Shown here: piece by piece, positions 30,916 through 43,433 of the stretch
Layout of the letters: every line of letters starts with the position of its first letter
Position numbering within the stretch: position 1 is the first letter of the stretch
NCBI RefSeq assembly: GCF_009931435.1
Contig: NZ_CP043414.1
Source of the DNA: Escherichia coli
GTDB taxonomy: Bacteria > Pseudomonadota > Gammaproteobacteria > Enterobacterales > Enterobacteriaceae
Direction: 5' to 3' (one strand)
Length of the DNA stretch: 64,000 nucleotides
Program-made: the position numbers and the translations under genes
Notes under the pieces: generated by a model
Databases searched by the model: none
What the model saw: only the letters and a program-made list of their open reading frames with translations
Told to the model about the DNA's origin: nothing

Positions 30916-32178
30916 TTACTCCGCCACACTCTCACGCAGCGGTTTTACAGGAAAAACTTTTACCTGTTTAATCATATTGTCCTGTACGTCGAGAATATCG
31001 ATATCGTACTCGCCAATACGCACGCGAGTTCCTGCGACAGGAATCTCTTCCAGTGCCTCAAGAATGACGCCATTAACCGTTCGTGCATCATCTTCCGGTA
31101 GATGCCAGTTAAAGGCTTTGTTGATTTCCCGCACGTTGGCAGTGCCATCGATAATCACCGAACCGTCGTTTTGCGGCGTGACCTCTTCGGCGAGCGTTGG
31201 CGACATCGACGTGGTGAAATCACCAACAATCTCTTCGAGAATATCTTCGACCGTCACCAGCCCCTGAATATCTCCATACTCGTTGACGACCAGGCCGACT
31301 TTCTTTTTGTTGCGCTGAAACTTCACCAGCTGCGTGCTGAGCGGCGTACCTTCCGGGACAAAATAGATTTCGTCCGCGGCGCGTAGCATGGTTTCTTTGG
31401 TGAACTCTTTTTTCTCCGACATCAACCGCCAGGCTTCACGCACACGCAGCATACTGATGGCATCGTCCAGCGAGTCACGGTAGAGCACGATGCGTCCGTG
31501 AGGTGAGTGGGAGAGTTGGCGGAGAATCGATTTCCAGTCATCGTTGATATCAATACCGATAATTTCACTGCGCGGCACCATGATGTCATCGACAGTCATT
31601 TTTTCCAGATCGAGTACCGACAACAGCATATCCTGATTGCGACGGGAAATTTGTGACCGCGATTCGTGCACAATGGTGCGTAATTCTTCTTTGCTTAAAG
31701 AGCCACTAACCACGATATCGGTTTTGATGCCCATCATGCGCATTAACATGCGGGTAATAGCGTTTAGCAACCAGACCAGCGGCATCATCAAAATTTGCAG
31801 CGGTGCCAGCAGAAAACTACTTGGATAGGCGACTTTTTCCGGGTACAGCGCGGCAATGGTTTTCGGCAATACTTCAGCAAAAACCAGTACGACAAAAGTA
31901 AGCACACCAGTCGCAATTGCCACGCCCGCATCCCCGTACAAACGCATCCCCACAATAGTGCCGAGCGCGGAGGCAAGAATATTGACCAGGTTATTGCCGA
32001 TTAACACCAGGCTTATCAGGCGGTCTGGCTTACGCAGCAATTTTTCGACACGTTTGGCCGAGCGATTACCCTGTTTCGCCATATGCCGCAGACGATAGCG
32101 GTTGAGGGTCATCATTCCGGTTTCGGACCCGGAAAAATAGGCTGAAATGACCACCATGATGATCAGAATAATGATCAA
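30916..32178 (-). CDS. yfjD: Inner membrane protein YfjD (DUF21-CBS-CorC/HlyC family)
   Basis: 420-aa multi-TM N-terminus plus CBS pair plus CorC C-terminus. Confidence 0.9.
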   Translation of the reverse strand: MIIILIIMVVISAYFSGSETGMMTLNRYRLRHMAKQGNRSAKRVEKLLRKPDRLISLVLIGNNLVNILASALGTIVGMRLYGDAGVAIATGVLTFVVLVFAEVLPKTIAALYPEKVAYPSSFLLAPLQILMMPLVWLLNAITRMLMRMMGIKTDIVVSGSLSKEELRTIVHESRSQISRRNQDMLLSVLDLEKMTVDDIMVPRSEIIGIDINDDWKSILRQLSHSPHGRIVLYRDSLDDAISMLRVREAWRLMSEKKEFTKETMLRAADEIYFVPEGTPLSTQLVKFQRNKKKVGLVVNEYGDIQGLVTVEDILEEIVGDFTTSMSPTLAEEVTPQNDGSVIIDGTANVREINKAFNWHLPEDDARTVNGVILEALEEIPVAGTRVRIGEYDIDILDVQDNMIKQVKVFPVKPLRESVAE

Positions 32179-32222
32179 CGTGGTAGTAGATATGTGTTCC
32201 AGGGGAAACTCCTTTTCTGGGG

Positions 32223-33014
32223 TTAGCTGATTAACTGCTGGACAATTCGGCTACCGAAGTAGGCCAGTGTCAGAATGACCGCACCCGCAACGTTAAACCA
32301 GACGACGCGGCGTCCACGCCATCCTTCATGATAATGTCCCCACAGCAGCACAATATAGACAAACCACGCCACGATAGAGAGCACGGCCTTGTCGATATTT
32401 TCCATGCTAAATAAGTTGTGCATGTAGAAGAGACCAGTGCAAAGAGTGAGCGTTAACAGCACCACGCCAATCTGCGTGATGTGGAACATTTTACGCTCGA
32501 TACTCATCAACGGCGGCATTTCCTGGTTAAACGCCAGCTTCTTGTTCTTCAGTTGGTAATCAATCCACGCCAGTTGTAATGCATACAGAGCGGCGATAAT
32601 CAGCGTGGCATAGGAAAAGAGCGATAAGCCAATGTGAACCAGCATCCCAGGCGTTGCTTCCAGATGGGTGATGTATTCATTGGGCATAAAGGTGGCCAGC
32701 GCCAGGTTGATAAGCGCAAAGGCATAGACAATGGGTAGCAGTAACCAGCCACGATTGCGGGAAGCCACGATGGTCATTACCGTACAGATCATCAAACTGA
32801 CCAGCGAACCAACGTTCAGTAAGCTGAGGTTTTGTCCGCTATCACCGTCGGGCAGGATGCGGGCTTCCAGAGCGATTGCGTGGCAGACCAGCGCGATGAC
32901 CGCAGAAATAATAGCCATGCGCCGCCAGCCGCCGTTTTTTTGCAGCAGACCGGGAACAATCAGCGCAAGACTGACGGAGTAGGCGACAAGCGCGAGCAGA
33001 GCAAAAACGGGCAT
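32223..33014 (-). CDS. ypjD: Inner membrane protein YpjD
   Basis: 263-aa polytopic membrane protein starting MPVFALLALVAYSV (internal start of the 288-codon ORF). Confidence 0.85.
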   Translation of the reverse strand: MPVFALLALVAYSVSLALIVPGLLQKNGGWRRMAIISAVIALVCHAIALEARILPDGDSGQNLSLLNVGSLVSLMICTVMTIVASRNRGWLLLPIVYAFALINLALATFMPNEYITHLEATPGMLVHIGLSLFSYATLIIAALYALQLAWIDYQLKNKKLAFNQEMPPLMSIERKMFHITQIGVVLLTLTLCTGLFYMHNLFSMENIDKAVLSIVAWFVYIVLLWGHYHEGWRGRRVVWFNVAGAVILTLAYFGSRIVQQLIS

Positions 33015-33180
33015 AGTAATGTCGACAGTTTGAGCAATAAGAAAGAGAAGCAGTATAGCGTCAGGTGAACGCTGCTCCAACCGTTGCATAACAACAAAGA
33101 CGCCTTCATGTTATACTGCGGCAAAATACTGATGATGTGTCGCGATTGCGGCCAACCGTTTCCACCCCAGGCGAGAGACA

Positions 33181-34542
33181 ATGTTTGATAATTTAACCGA
33201 TCGTTTGTCGCGCACGCTGCGCAATATCAGTGGCCGTGGACGCCTCACTGAAGACAACGTAAAAGATACGCTGCGCGAAGTGCGCATGGCGCTGCTGGAG
33301 GCGGACGTCGCCCTGCCGGTAGTGCGTGAGTTTATCAATCGCGTAAAAGAGAAAGCGGTTGGTCATGAAGTTAATAAGAGCCTGACGCCGGGGCAGGAGT
33401 TCGTCAAAATCGTCCGTAACGAACTGGTTGCGGCGATGGGCGAAGAGAACCAGACCCTGAATCTGGCTGCGCAACCGCCAGCGGTGGTACTGATGGCGGG
33501 CCTGCAAGGTGCCGGTAAAACAACCAGCGTGGGCAAGCTCGGTAAGTTCCTGCGTGAGAAGCACAAGAAGAAAGTGCTGGTGGTTTCTGCTGACGTCTAT
33601 CGCCCGGCGGCAATCAAACAGCTTGAGACGCTGGCAGAGCAGGTGGGCGTTGATTTCTTCCCTTCTGATGTTGGTCAGAAGCCGGTTGATATTGTTAACG
33701 CGGCGCTGAAAGAAGCCAAACTGAAATTCTACGACGTGCTGCTGGTGGATACCGCTGGTCGTCTGCACGTTGACGAAGCGATGATGGACGAGATCAAACA
33801 AGTCCATGCGTCGATTAACCCGGTTGAAACCCTGTTTGTGGTTGACGCCATGACCGGTCAGGATGCGGCCAATACGGCAAAAGCATTCAATGAAGCGTTA
33901 CCGCTGACCGGTGTGGTACTGACTAAAGTCGACGGCGATGCTCGTGGCGGTGCGGCGCTCTCTATTCGTCACATTACGGGCAAACCGATCAAGTTCCTCG
34001 GTGTTGGCGAGAAAACCGAGGCGCTGGAGCCGTTCCATCCGGACCGCATCGCTTCCCGTATTCTCGGCATGGGCGACGTGCTGTCGCTGATCGAAGATAT
34101 CGAAAGTAAAGTTGACCGCGCGCAGGCAGAGAAATTAGCCAGCAAGCTGAAAAAAGGCGACGGCTTCGATCTCAACGACTTCCTTGAGCAACTGCGCCAG
34201 ATGAAAAATATGGGCGGCATGGCTAGCCTGATGGGCAAACTGCCGGGCATGGGGCAGATCCCGGATAACGTCAAGTCGCAGATGGACGATAAAGTGCTGG
34301 TGCGTATGGAAGCCATCATCAACTCGATGACGATGAAAGAGCGCGCTAAGCCAGAAATCATCAAAGGTTCGCGTAAACGCCGTATCGCTGCCGGTTGCGG
34401 TATGCAGGTGCAGGACGTTAACCGTCTTCTGAAACAGTTCGACGACATGCAGCGCATGATGAAGAAAATGAAGAAGGGCGGAATGGCGAAGATGATGAGA
34501 AGCATGAAAGGGATGATGCCGCCGGGATTTCCTGGTCGCTAA
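33181..34542 (+). CDS. ffh: Signal recognition particle protein Ffh
   Basis: 453 aa; GTPase motifs GLQGAGKTT, DTAGR; Met-rich C-terminal M domain. Confidence 0.98.
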   Translation: MFDNLTDRLSRTLRNISGRGRLTEDNVKDTLREVRMALLEADVALPVVREFINRVKEKAVGHEVNKSLTPGQEFVKIVRNELVAAMGEENQTLNLAAQPPAVVLMAGLQGAGKTTSVGKLGKFLREKHKKKVLVVSADVYRPAAIKQLETLAEQVGVDFFPSDVGQKPVDIVNAALKEAKLKFYDVLLVDTAGRLHVDEAMMDEIKQVHASINPVETLFVVDAMTGQDAANTAKAFNEALPLTGVVLTKVDGDARGGAALSIRHITGKPIKFLGVGEKTEALEPFHPDRIASRILGMGDVLSLIEDIESKVDRAQAEKLASKLKKGDGFDLNDFLEQLRQMKNMGGMASLMGKLPGMGQIPDNVKSQMDDKVLVRMEAIINSMTMKERAKPEIIKGSRKRRIAAGCGMQVQDVNRLLKQFDDMQRMMKKMKKGGMAKMMRSMKGMMPPGFPGR

Positions 34543-34600
34543 ATGACCTTATGCGACAGAGTTATTAACTGCTGATTGCATTTTCTCCAGAAATCAGTAA

Positions 34601-34927
<327 letters not shown>

Positions 34928-34945
34928 TCTGTCACGGTGGTCATG

Positions 34946-35494
34946 ATGAGCAAACAACTCACCGCGCAAGCACCTGTTGATCCCATCGTTTTGGGAAAAA
35001 TGGGTTCGTCTTACGGTATTCGTGGGTGGCTCAGAGTGTTTTCTTCCACCGAAGACGCCGAAAGCATTTTTGACTATCAGCCCTGGTTTATCCAGAAGGC
35101 GGGTCAGTGGCAGCAAGTCCAGCTGGAAAGCTGGAAGCACCACAATCAGGACATGATCATCAAGCTGAAAGGCGTTGACGATCGTGATGCGGCGAACCTG
35201 CTGACGAATTGTGAAATTGTCGTGGATTCATCGCAGCTGCCTCAGCTTGAAGAGGGTGACTACTACTGGAAAGACCTGATGGGCTGCCAGGTAATAACCA
35301 CTGAAGGCTACGATCTCGGTAAAGTCATCGATATGATGGAAACCGGATCTAATGACGTTCTCGTCATTAAGGCAAACCTGAAAGATGCGTTTGGTATCAA
35401 GGAACGTCTCGTACCGTTCCTCGATGGGCAGGTTATCAAGAAAGTCGATCTCACTACTCGTTCAATCGAAGTAGATTGGGATCCTGGTTTTTAA
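34946..35494 (+). CDS. rimM: Ribosome maturation factor RimM
   Basis: Product [35 protein letters not shown]... Confidence 0.95.
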   Translation: MSKQLTAQAPVDPIVLGKMGSSYGIRGWLRVFSSTEDAESIFDYQPWFIQKAGQWQQVQLESWKHHNQDMIIKLKGVDDRDAANLLTNCEIVVDSSQLPQLEEGDYYWKDLMGCQVITTEGYDLGKVIDMMETGSNDVLVIKANLKDAFGIKERLVPFLDGQVIKKVDLTTRSIEVDWDPGF

Positions 35495-35524
35495 ACCACC
35501 GGATAAACGGTAAAAGACGGCGCT

Positions 35525-36292
35525 ATGTGGATTGGCATAATTAGCCTGTTTCCTGAAATGTTCCGCGCAATTACCGATTACGGGGTAACTGGCCGGGCAG
35601 TTAAAAATGGCCTGCTGAGCATCCAGAGCTGGAGTCCTCGTGACTTCACGCATGACCGGCACCGTACTGTGGACGATCGTCCTTACGGCGGCGGACCGGG
35701 GATGTTAATGATGGTGCAACCTTTACGGGACGCCATTCATGCAGCAAAAGCCGCGGCGGGTGAAGGCGCAAAGGTGATTTATCTGTCACCGCAGGGGCGC
35801 AAGCTTGATCAAGCAGGCGTCAGCGAACTGGCAACGAATCAAAAATTGATTCTGGTGTGCGGTCGCTACGAAGGTATAGATGAGCGCGTGATCCAAACCG
35901 AAATTGACGAAGAATGGTCAATCGGCGATTACGTTCTCAGTGGTGGTGAGTTACCAGCAATGACGCTGATTGACTCCGTTTCCCGGTTTATTCCGGGAGT
36001 ACTGGGACATGAAGCTTCGGCAACGGAAGATTCCTTTGCTGAAGGATTGCTGGATTGCCCGCACTATACACGGCCTGAGGTGTTAGAAGGGATGGAAGTT
36101 CCGTCAGTGTTACTGTCGGGCAACCATGCTGAGATACGTCGCTGGCGTTTGAAACAGTCGCTGGGCCGTACCTGGCTTAGAAGACCTGAACTTCTGGAAA
36201 ACCTGGCTCTGACTGAAGAGCAAGCAAGGTTGCTGGCGGAGTTCAAAACGGAACACGCACAACAGCAACATAAACATGATGGGATGGCGTAA
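35525..36292 (+). CDS. trmD: tRNA (guanine37-N1)-methyltransferase TrmD
   Basis: 255-aa product [31 protein letters not shown]... Confidence 0.97.
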   Translation: MWIGIISLFPEMFRAITDYGVTGRAVKNGLLSIQSWSPRDFTHDRHRTVDDRPYGGGPGMLMMVQPLRDAIHAAKAAAGEGAKVIYLSPQGRKLDQAGVSELATNQKLILVCGRYEGIDERVIQTEIDEEWSIGDYVLSGGELPAMTLIDSVSRFIPGVLGHEASATEDSFAEGLLDCPHYTRPEVLEGMEVPSVLLSGNHAEIRRWRLKQSLGRTWLRRPELLENLALTEEQARLLAEFKTEHAQQQHKHDGMA

Positions 36293-36330
36293 GCCCCCGA
36301 GATATCAGTTTACCCAGGATAAGAGATTAA

Positions 36331-36681
<351 letters not shown>

Positions 36682-36711
36682 GATTTCGCTTAAGCGACAT
36701 CCTGTTAAGAA

Positions 36712-36740
36712 GGGCTGGCCAATTGGCTGGCCCTTTTTTT
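36712..36740 (+). terminator. Rho-independent terminator of the rpsP-rimM-trmD-rplS operon
   Basis: GC-rich palindrome gggctggccaattggctggccc followed by TTTTTTT. Confidence 0.8.
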
Positions 36741-36757
36741 ATCTGTTTGCTCGTGTT

Positions 36758-37240
36758 TTAAGGGGTAGTAATCACTACTGCGACGCGGCGGTTCTCGGCG
36801 CGGCCCTGGGCGGTCTTGTTACTGGCTATGGGATATTTTTTTCCTAAACCCTGTGTGGTGAGGTTGCTGCGCGGAATTTGTCCACCTATAGCCCATGCAT
36901 CGGCCACAACATTCGCCCGTTTCAATGATAAGGCTTCGTTGTAACTGTCTTCACCATAGTTGTCGGTGTGTCCATCCATACGGGCATGCGTTAGCCCTGT
37001 CGAGGCCAATTTGGCTGCCATGGTTTGGATCTGTTGCTGGCTTTCCGGGAGCAATTTGTAGTCATTTTTTGCGAACAGAATGGCATCTGATAATCCCAGC
37101 GACCAGTCGCCGGCGGATTCAGTAAATCCATAAGATTGCATAGCGGCAACTTGCTCAGGAGTAAACTTTCCCTGAGGGGACTGGCAGCCAGTCAGTACTA
37201 GCGAGGTGAAAATCAGGGGTGCTACCAGGTGCTTTATCAT
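36758..37240 (-). CDS. yfiB: OmpA-family lipoprotein YfiB
   Basis: 160 aa; lipobox LTGC; C-terminal OmpA-like peptidoglycan-binding region. Confidence 0.92.
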   Translation of the reverse strand: MIKHLVAPLIFTSLVLTGCQSPQGKFTPEQVAAMQSYGFTESAGDWSLGLSDAILFAKNDYKLLPESQQQIQTMAAKLASTGLTHARMDGHTDNYGEDSYNEALSLKRANVVADAWAIGGQIPRSNLTTQGLGKKYPIASNKTAQGRAENRRVAVVITTP

Positions 37241-37255
37241 ATCGATATATCCTTG

Positions 37256-38482
37256 TTATCTCACCAGCTTTTCGGCACGCTGGTGTTTGGCCTGATACAT
37301 ATTGTGATCGGCCAGCTCTTGTAATTTTTCCGCAGAGGCATGCTCAATGGTCATCGCGTAACCAATGCTTAATGTCATGGTGGTCTGATGACCATTATGA
37401 AGATCAAACGGGCGATTAAAGATTTGTGTCAGTGCTGAGCATATCCGCTGCACTTCAGATTCCGACTGTACACCATAGAGCACCATCGCGAATTCATCGC
37501 CGCCTATGCGGTATGCTTTATGTTGCAGCCCGCCAAATTCTGCTAACCGTTTTGCTACCTCAATCAAGACCCGATCGCCCGTCGCATGACCCCAGGTATC
37601 GTTGATATATTTAAAATTATCGCCATCAAGAAACAGTAACGCCGACGTTTTTCTGGCATCGGAACTGCTCATCAACGTGTTGATGCCGCTACGAAACGCA
37701 GCCCGGTTCGCCAGCCCGGTTAATGGGTCATGTAGCGCGGTACGTAGAAGCTGCGCATTTTTGGCCTGTAAACGAAGCTGCCACTCTTCCATTTCATCCA
37801 GCAGACTGTTGAAGTCGAGAGCGAAGCGGTGAAACTCAGCGATACGTTCTTCCGAAACTCGTCGGGAAAAATTGCGGTTGGAACGCACATCATGTACGAC
37901 ATCGGTGATATTTTTCAGCGCTTCCACCAGGCCATTGTGCAAATGGCGGGTGAGGGTAATTGCGATGCCTGATGCCAGCAGAATACAACCGGTCAGGACA
38001 GCGAGCGAAAACCAGATAAAATGGCTGATCGAGCTGTCGCGAGCGGTTAAGCGTACTTCGCCAATGGTTTCACCATTGTGACGAATCGGCTGAGTGATGG
38101 GGGCAGGGAAGAGCCAGTGGCTTATGAAATTGCTGAAAGTATCGCCTGGATCCTTACGGGTGTAATGCCAGGATGCCAGAATATTTTGCTGCTTATCACG
38201 CACTTCTGCAGTTGAAAATTGCCCTTGCTTCCCCAGCGCTGCCAGTGTTTGAGTTGCTGCAGGGCCATCGGCAAAAACGACCGCTGCTTCCAGACTGTAA
38301 GTCATTGTTGCTGCTGTCAGTGCCAGGTTTTTTTGCGCGTACTGTTTCAGGGTCAGCACCGAGGTCACGGAAAGCAGCAACCAGATCAGCATCATAGTGA
38401 TAAATATGCTGGTCATACTGATGTTGCGTAATGCTCTTTTAAACGTGGGGCGCTTATTAAGAGAATTATCGTTATCCATCAT
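37256..38482 (-). CDS. dgcN: Diguanylate cyclase DgcN (YfiN)
   Basis: 408 aa; TM/HAMP N-terminus plus GGDEF domain (RIGGDEF). Confidence 0.95.
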   Translation of the reverse strand: MMDNDNSLNKRPTFKRALRNISMTSIFITMMLIWLLLSVTSVLTLKQYAQKNLALTAATMTYSLEAAVVFADGPAATQTLAALGKQGQFSTAEVRDKQQNILASWHYTRKDPGDTFSNFISHWLFPAPITQPIRHNGETIGEVRLTARDSSISHFIWFSLAVLTGCILLASGIAITLTRHLHNGLVEALKNITDVVHDVRSNRNFSRRVSEERIAEFHRFALDFNSLLDEMEEWQLRLQAKNAQLLRTALHDPLTGLANRAAFRSGINTLMSSSDARKTSALLFLDGDNFKYINDTWGHATGDRVLIEVAKRLAEFGGLQHKAYRIGGDEFAMVLYGVQSESEVQRICSALTQIFNRPFDLHNGHQTTMTLSIGYAMTIEHASAEKLQELADHNMYQAKHQRAEKLVR

Positions 38483-38990
38483 TTTTCTTCCGTGCGAGCA
38501 TTAAGACATCTGGGTTCACCTTTACACCGCTACGCGATAAGGCATCCAGGTTTACGGCAAATCTGACGTCATTATTGTGGATGATCAGACAAAAGGCGCT
38601 GCCAATAATGCACTCGGCATTTTGTTCGGCAATTAATAATAACGCCTTTGACGGATATTGTTCGGTTAATTCCATCTGGAATGTTGGTGACTCGTTGCCA
38701 AAATAAAAACCATTGCAGCCTGATATCATCGCCTCTTGTTGAGAGTGAATGATGACAGGCAGATAAGGCAAAGATGTCGCGCCATTCTCTTGTAGGGCGG
38801 TACTAAAACGTGAAGATGAAAAGATACATAACTTTGGTAGGCCTGATAGCGCAGGCCAGCGAGTGTAACTGACAATACCGGAAACCATCGTACGCACGTT
38901 TTTCGCAACGTCTGAAGGTTCCTGAGCGAGTATTGGTGCTCCCGTCAGGAGGAGAATCAGCAGTAAGAACAGACGATGAGAAAAACGCAT
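38472..38990 (-). CDS. yfiR: Periplasmic DgcN regulator YfiR
   Basis: 172 aa with signal peptide [22 protein letters not shown]. Confidence 0.92.
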   Translation of the reverse strand: MRFSHRLFLLLILLLTGAPILAQEPSDVAKNVRTMVSGIVSYTRWPALSGLPKLCIFSSSRFSTALQENGATSLPYLPVIIHSQQEAMISGCNGFYFGNESPTFQMELTEQYPSKALLLIAEQNAECIIGSAFCLIIHNNDVRFAVNLDALSRSGVKVNPDVLMLARKKNDG

Positions 38991-39139
38991 TCAGGGATCC
39001 TCACCATCTTCGCTTGCAATGCATCGATAATTTTTCAGAATGCTCATTAAAATATCATTCTTTCATGCGGTCGTCATCAATGTGAGAAATAAAACACAAT
39101 GAGTAGAATCTCATGTTTAATTTATTTGTGGGGGGTTAA

Positions 39140-39505
39140 TTAATTTAATCGTATTGTGCTGGCATTTTCATCAGCCCCTTTTTGCCATACTTCATGCAGT
39201 TGGCTGGCATTTTCAACATTGTTGCAGCTGGCAGGAAAGCTTTTACCGGAAAGTCCTCGGGCATAAGTAAAATCGGTCTGGCAAGTTTTCTTTTGTCCTT
39301 CGGCATATCCTTTAAGGTATAGACCGCGATCCGCCTGTGAATCGCTAAATGCATCGTCATCTTTTATGGCGTTGCCCGATATCGCATCTTCCATACCAAC
39401 ATCATACCAGTCGGTGCTGGTCAAGGTTGGCGCGTGAGTATAAGGATCAATCTGACATCCGCTAACCAGTAAAGCCAACAAGGGGGCGATAAACTTTTTC
39501 ATCAT
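39140..39505 (-). CDS. yfiL: Lipoprotein YfiL
   Basis: 121-aa product MMKKFIAPLLALLVSGC... (internal start of the longer ORF). Confidence 0.85.
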   Translation of the reverse strand: MMKKFIAPLLALLVSGCQIDPYTHAPTLTSTDWYDVGMEDAISGNAIKDDDAFSDSQADRGLYLKGYAEGQKKTCQTDFTYARGLSGKSFPASCNNVENASQLHEVWQKGADENASTIRLN

Positions 39506-39550
39506 TTCTTTCTCCTTTTTCAAAGCATAGCGGATTGTTTTCAAAGGCGA

Positions 39551-39643
39551 TGTAAATTTATTTATACATAAACAAGGATTAAAAGCGCGAATAAATTGCT
39601 TGTGTAAAGAAAAATGTACGAAATATGGATTGAAAACTTTACT
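39551..39643. promoter_or_regulatory. TyrR-box cluster in the aroF promoter
   Basis: TGTAAA-tttatt-TATACA at 39551-39568; two weaker TyrR-like boxes at 39603-39620 and 39626-39643. Confidence 0.65.
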
Positions 39644-39714
39644 TTATGTGTTATCGTTACGTCATCCTCGCTGAGGATCAACTATCGCAAACGAGCATAA
39701 ACAGGATCGCCATC

Positions 39715-40785
39715 ATGCAAAAAGACGCGCTGAATAACGTACATATTACCGACGAACAAGTTTTAATGACTCCGGAACAACTGAAGGCCGCTTTTCCATT
39801 AAGCCTGCAACAGGAAGCCCAGATTGCTGACTCGCGTAAAACTATTTCAGATATTATCGCCGGGCGCGATCCTCGTCTGTTGGTAGTATGTGGTCCTTGT
39901 TCCATTCATGATCCGGAAACTGCTCTGGAATATGCTCGTCGATTTAAAGCCCTTGCCGCAGAGGTCAGCGATAGCCTCTATCTGGTAATGCGCGTCTATT
40001 TTGAAAAACCCCGTACCACTGTCGGTTGGAAAGGGTTGATTAACGATCCCCATATGGATGGCTCTTTTGATGTAGAAGCCGGGCTGCAGATCGCGCGTAA
40101 ATTGCTGCTTGAGCTGGTGAATATGGGACTGCCACTGGCGACGGAAGCGTTAGATCCTAATAGCCCGCAATACCTGGGCGATCTGTTTAGCTGGTCAGCA
40201 ATTGGTGCTCGTACAACGGAATCGCAAACACACCGTGAAATGGCCTCCGGGCTTTCCATGCCGGTTGGTTTTAAAAACGGCACCGACGGCAGCCTTGCAA
40301 CGGCTATTAACGCTATGCGTGCCGCCGCCCAGCCGCACCGTTTTGTTGGCATTAACCAGGCAGGGCAGGTTGCGTTGCTACAAACTCAGGGGAATCCGGA
40401 CGGGCATGTGATCCTGCGCGGTGGTAAAGCGCCGAACTATAGCCCTGCGGATGTTGCGCAATGTGAAAAAGAGATGGAACAGGCGGGACTGCGCCCGTCT
40501 CTGATGGTAGATTGCAGCCACGGTAATTCCAATAAAGATTATCGCCGTCAGCCTGCGGTGGCAGAATCCGTGGTTGCTCAAATCAAAGATGGCAATCGCT
40601 CAATTATTGGTCTGATGATCGAAAGTAATATCCACGAGGGCAATCAGTCTTCCGAGCAACCGCGCAGTGAAATGAAATACGGTGTATCCGTAACCGATGC
40701 CTGCATTAGCTGGGAAATGACCGATGCCTTGCTGCGTGAAATTCATCAGGATCTGAACGGGCAGCTGACGGCTCGCGTGGCTTAA
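39715..40785 (+). CDS. aroF: DAHP synthase, Tyr-sensitive (AroF)
   Basis: 356-aa product [30 protein letters not shown]... Confidence 0.97.
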   Translation: MQKDALNNVHITDEQVLMTPEQLKAAFPLSLQQEAQIADSRKTISDIIAGRDPRLLVVCGPCSIHDPETALEYARRFKALAAEVSDSLYLVMRVYFEKPRTTVGWKGLINDPHMDGSFDVEAGLQIARKLLLELVNMGLPLATEALDPNSPQYLGDLFSWSAIGARTTESQTHREMASGLSMPVGFKNGTDGSLATAINAMRAAAQPHRFVGINQAGQVALLQTQGNPDGHVILRGGKAPNYSPADVAQCEKEMEQAGLRPSLMVDCSHGNSNKDYRRQPAVAESVVAQIKDGNRSIIGLMIESNIHEGNQSSEQPRSEMKYGVSVTDACISWEMTDALLREIHQDLNGQLTARVA

Positions 40786-40795
40786 GAGGTTTATT

Positions 40796-41917
40796 ATGGT
40801 TGCTGAATTGACCGCATTACGCGATCAAATTGATGAAGTCGATAAAGCGCTGCTGAATTTATTAGCGAAGCGTCTGGAACTGGTTGCTGAAGTTGGCGAG
40901 GTGAAAAGCCGCTTTGGACTGCCTATTTATGTTCCGGAGCGCGAGGCATCTATGCTGGCCTCGCGGCGTGCAGAGGCGGAAGCTCTGGGTGTACCGCCAG
41001 ATCTGATTGAGGATGTTTTGCGTCGGGTGATGCGTGAATCTTACTCCAGTGAAAACGACAAAGGATTTAAAACGCTTTGTCCGTCTCTGCGTCCGGTGGT
41101 TATCGTCGGTGGTGGCGGTCAGATGGGACGTCTGTTCGAGAAGATGCTGGCACTCTCGGGTTATCAGGTGCGGATTCTGGAGCAACATGACTGGGATCGA
41201 GCGGCTGATATTGTTGCCGATGCCGGAATGGTGATTGTTAGTGTGCCCATCCACGTTACTGAACAGGTTATTGGCAAATTACCGCCTTTACCGAAAGATT
41301 GTATTCTGGTCGATCTGGCATCGGTGAAAAATGGACCATTACAGGCCATGCTGGCGGCGCATGATGGTCCGGTGCTGGGGTTACACCCGATGTTCGGCCC
41401 GGACAGCGGTAGCCTGGCAAAGCAAGTTGTGGTCTGGTGTGATGGACGTAAGCCGGAAGCATACCAATGGTTTCTGGAGCAAATTCAGGTCTGGGGCGCT
41501 CGGCTGCATCGTATTAGCGCTGTCGAGCACGATCAGAATATGGCGTTTATTCAGGCACTGCGCCACTTTGCTACTTTTGCTTATGGGCTGCACCTGGCAG
41601 AAGAAAATGTTCAGCTTGAGCAACTTCTGGCGCTTTCTTCGCCGATTTACCGCCTTGAGCTGGCGATGGTTGGGCGACTGTTTGCCCAGGATCCGCAACT
41701 GTATGCCGACATTATTATGTCGTCAGAGCGTAATCTGGCGTTAATCAAACGTTACTATAAGCGTTTCGGCGAGGCGATTGAGTTGCTGGAGCAGGGCGAT
41801 AAGCAGGCGTTTATTGACAGTTTCCGCAAGGTGGAGCACTGGTTCGGCGATTACGCACAGCGTTTTCAGAGTGAAAGCCGCGTGTTATTGCGTCAGGCGA
41901 ATGACAGTCGCCAGTAA
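40796..41917 (+). CDS. tyrA: Chorismate mutase / prephenate dehydrogenase (TyrA)
   Basis: 373-aa product [30 protein letters not shown]... Confidence 0.97.
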   Translation: MVAELTALRDQIDEVDKALLNLLAKRLELVAEVGEVKSRFGLPIYVPEREASMLASRRAEAEALGVPPDLIEDVLRRVMRESYSSENDKGFKTLCPSLRPVVIVGGGGQMGRLFEKMLALSGYQVRILEQHDWDRAADIVADAGMVIVSVPIHVTEQVIGKLPPLPKDCILVDLASVKNGPLQAMLAAHDGPVLGLHPMFGPDSGSLAKQVVVWCDGRKPEAYQWFLEQIQVWGARLHRISAVEHDQNMAFIQALRHFATFAYGLHLAEENVQLEQLLALSSPIYRLELAMVGRLFAQDPQLYADIIMSSERNLALIKRYYKRFGEAIELLEQGDKQAFIDSFRKVEHWFGDYAQRFQSESRVLLRQANDSRQ

Positions 41918-41924
41918 TAATCCA

Positions 41925-41952
41925 GTGCCGGGTGGCGTGTTTCACCCGGCAC
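41925..41952. terminator. Bidirectional terminator hairpin between convergent tyrA and pheA
   Basis: Perfect 10-bp inverted repeat gtgccgggtg ... cacccggcac. Confidence 0.8.
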
Positions 41953-41959
41953 GATTTCA

Positions 41960-43120
41960 TTATGCCGGATCGACTGGTACCACATTCTCGCTTGGGTAAC
42001 AGCCCAGGACTTTCATCGAGCGAGTGATTTCACCTAGCTCTTTCAACGCCTGTTGCATTTCCGCTGATTCCAGATTGGCCTGAATATCCAGATAAAACAT
42101 CTCTTCCCACGGGTTTCCGTGAATCGGGCGTGATTCCAGACGGGTCATAATCAGATTGTGGTTGCGCAGTACCAGCAACGCTTCAACCAGCGCACCAGCT
42201 TGTTGTCCGGTCGCCATTAACAACGTCGTTTTCGCCGGAACCTGGTCAGAAACGTTAATGGCTTTACGTGCCAACACCACAAATCGGGTGAAGTTTTGTC
42301 GCTGATTCGCTTCAATATGCTCCAGTACCTGCAAACCGTACAAAGTGCCGCCAGCTTCGCTTCCCAACGCAGCAACATGCGGTGATTTTGCCTGTGCAAC
42401 CTTTTCCATTGCCGCAGACGTACTTTCGGTATATTCAATCTTCCAGTGCGGATAACGATTAAGGAATTTGCTGCATTGCTGGAATGGCTGCGGATGGCTG
42501 TAGACCGTATTAATGGTGGATAAATCAGTAGTGCCGGAGACCAACAAACAATGATCGATAGTTAACGTCATCTCGCCAACAATCGACAAACTGGTATGTT
42601 GCAGCAGATCGTAAACGTCGTTTATGGCACCGGAGCTGGTATTTTCAATCGGTACGACGGCATAGTCGGCCTGGCCGGTTTCCACCTGATTAAAAATATC
42701 GGCAAATTTGGCGCAGCCACTTTCAATGAATTGCTCAAAGTGACGCGCAGCGTACTGACGAGCGGCAAGATGTGAATAGGAGCCTTTGGGGCCGAGAAAA
42801 GCGATGCGTGCTGAGTGCGGATTAATTTTATTGAGATGTTGCTGGAGCAGTGCCTGCTGAGTTAATACGGAATCTTCAATGATGAGTTGGAACAGGCGAG
42901 TAATGTAATGGGCGTCCAGATGGTGCACTTTACCGAGCGTAATTAATCTTTCCAGCAAATCGCGTTCGCGATCAATATCACGTACCGGGCGATGAGAGAG
43001 CAGTTTGGCTTTTCCCACCTCGACGGCCAGTTCGCGCCGCTCTGCCAGTAATGCTAATAATTTTTCATCCAGCGCGCTGATTTTCTCTCGCAGCGCCAGT
43101 AACGGGTTTTCCGATGTCAT
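41960..43120 (-). CDS. pheA: Chorismate mutase / prephenate dehydratase (PheA)
   Basis: 386-aa product [40 protein letters not shown]... Confidence 0.97.
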   Translation of the reverse strand: MTSENPLLALREKISALDEKLLALLAERRELAVEVGKAKLLSHRPVRDIDRERDLLERLITLGKVHHLDAHYITRLFQLIIEDSVLTQQALLQQHLNKINPHSARIAFLGPKGSYSHLAARQYAARHFEQFIESGCAKFADIFNQVETGQADYAVVPIENTSSGAINDVYDLLQHTSLSIVGEMTLTIDHCLLVSGTTDLSTINTVYSHPQPFQQCSKFLNRYPHWKIEYTESTSAAMEKVAQAKSPHVAALGSEAGGTLYGLQVLEHIEANQRQNFTRFVVLARKAINVSDQVPAKTTLLMATGQQAGALVEALLVLRNHNLIMTRLESRPIHGNPWEEMFYLDIQANLESAEMQQALKELGEITRSMKVLGCYPSENVVPVDPA

Positions 43121-43141
43121 AGTGTTGCCTTTTTGTTATCA

Positions 43142-43172
43142 ATAAAAAAGGCCCCCCGGTTTGGGAGGCCTT
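43142..43172 (-). terminator. pheL-pheA attenuator terminator
   Basis: GC hairpin plus U-tract (minus strand: ggcctcccaaaccggggggcc ttttttatt) between pheL and pheA. Confidence 0.8.
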
Positions 43173-43218
43173 ATTGTTCGTCTTCGCATTCTGTTTCACA
43201 CGACGAAACGCCTCCCAT

Positions 43219-43266
43219 TCAGGGGAAGGTAAAAAAGAATGCGAAGAAAAACGGCGTGTGTTTCAT
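43219..43266 (-). CDS. pheL: pheA leader peptide PheL (MKHTPFFFAFFFTFP)
   Basis: 15-codon ORF with seven Phe codons immediately upstream of the attenuator. Confidence 0.9.
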   Translation of the reverse strand: MKHTPFFFAFFFTFP

Positions 43267-43349
43267 GTTTGTTTCCTTAGGTGACTTCAGTACAGTACCC
43301 GTACTGTTTTCTCGCTGTCAACAAAAAACGCGCCCGAAGGTGCGTTGTA

Positions 43350-43396
43350 AAACCCACTGAATTCAATGTTTTCCCTTTGTTTTCAGTGGGTTTTGT
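43350..43396. repeat. 13-bp perfect inverted repeat AAAACCCACTGAA / TTCAGTGGGTTTT just downstream of int; third AAAACCCAC copy at 43424; candidate int terminator and/or att arm site
   Basis: Seen directly in sequence at the prophage-chromosome junction. Confidence 0.5.
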
Positions 43397-43433
43397 TATT
43401 GGTGGGGGTTACTGATTACCCTATAAAACCCAC

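Noticed and set aside
43130-43433. tRNA gene as prophage integration target next to the integrase
   Set aside because: The region encodes the pheL leader peptide and pheA attenuator; no cloverleaf-compatible tRNA sequence is present.
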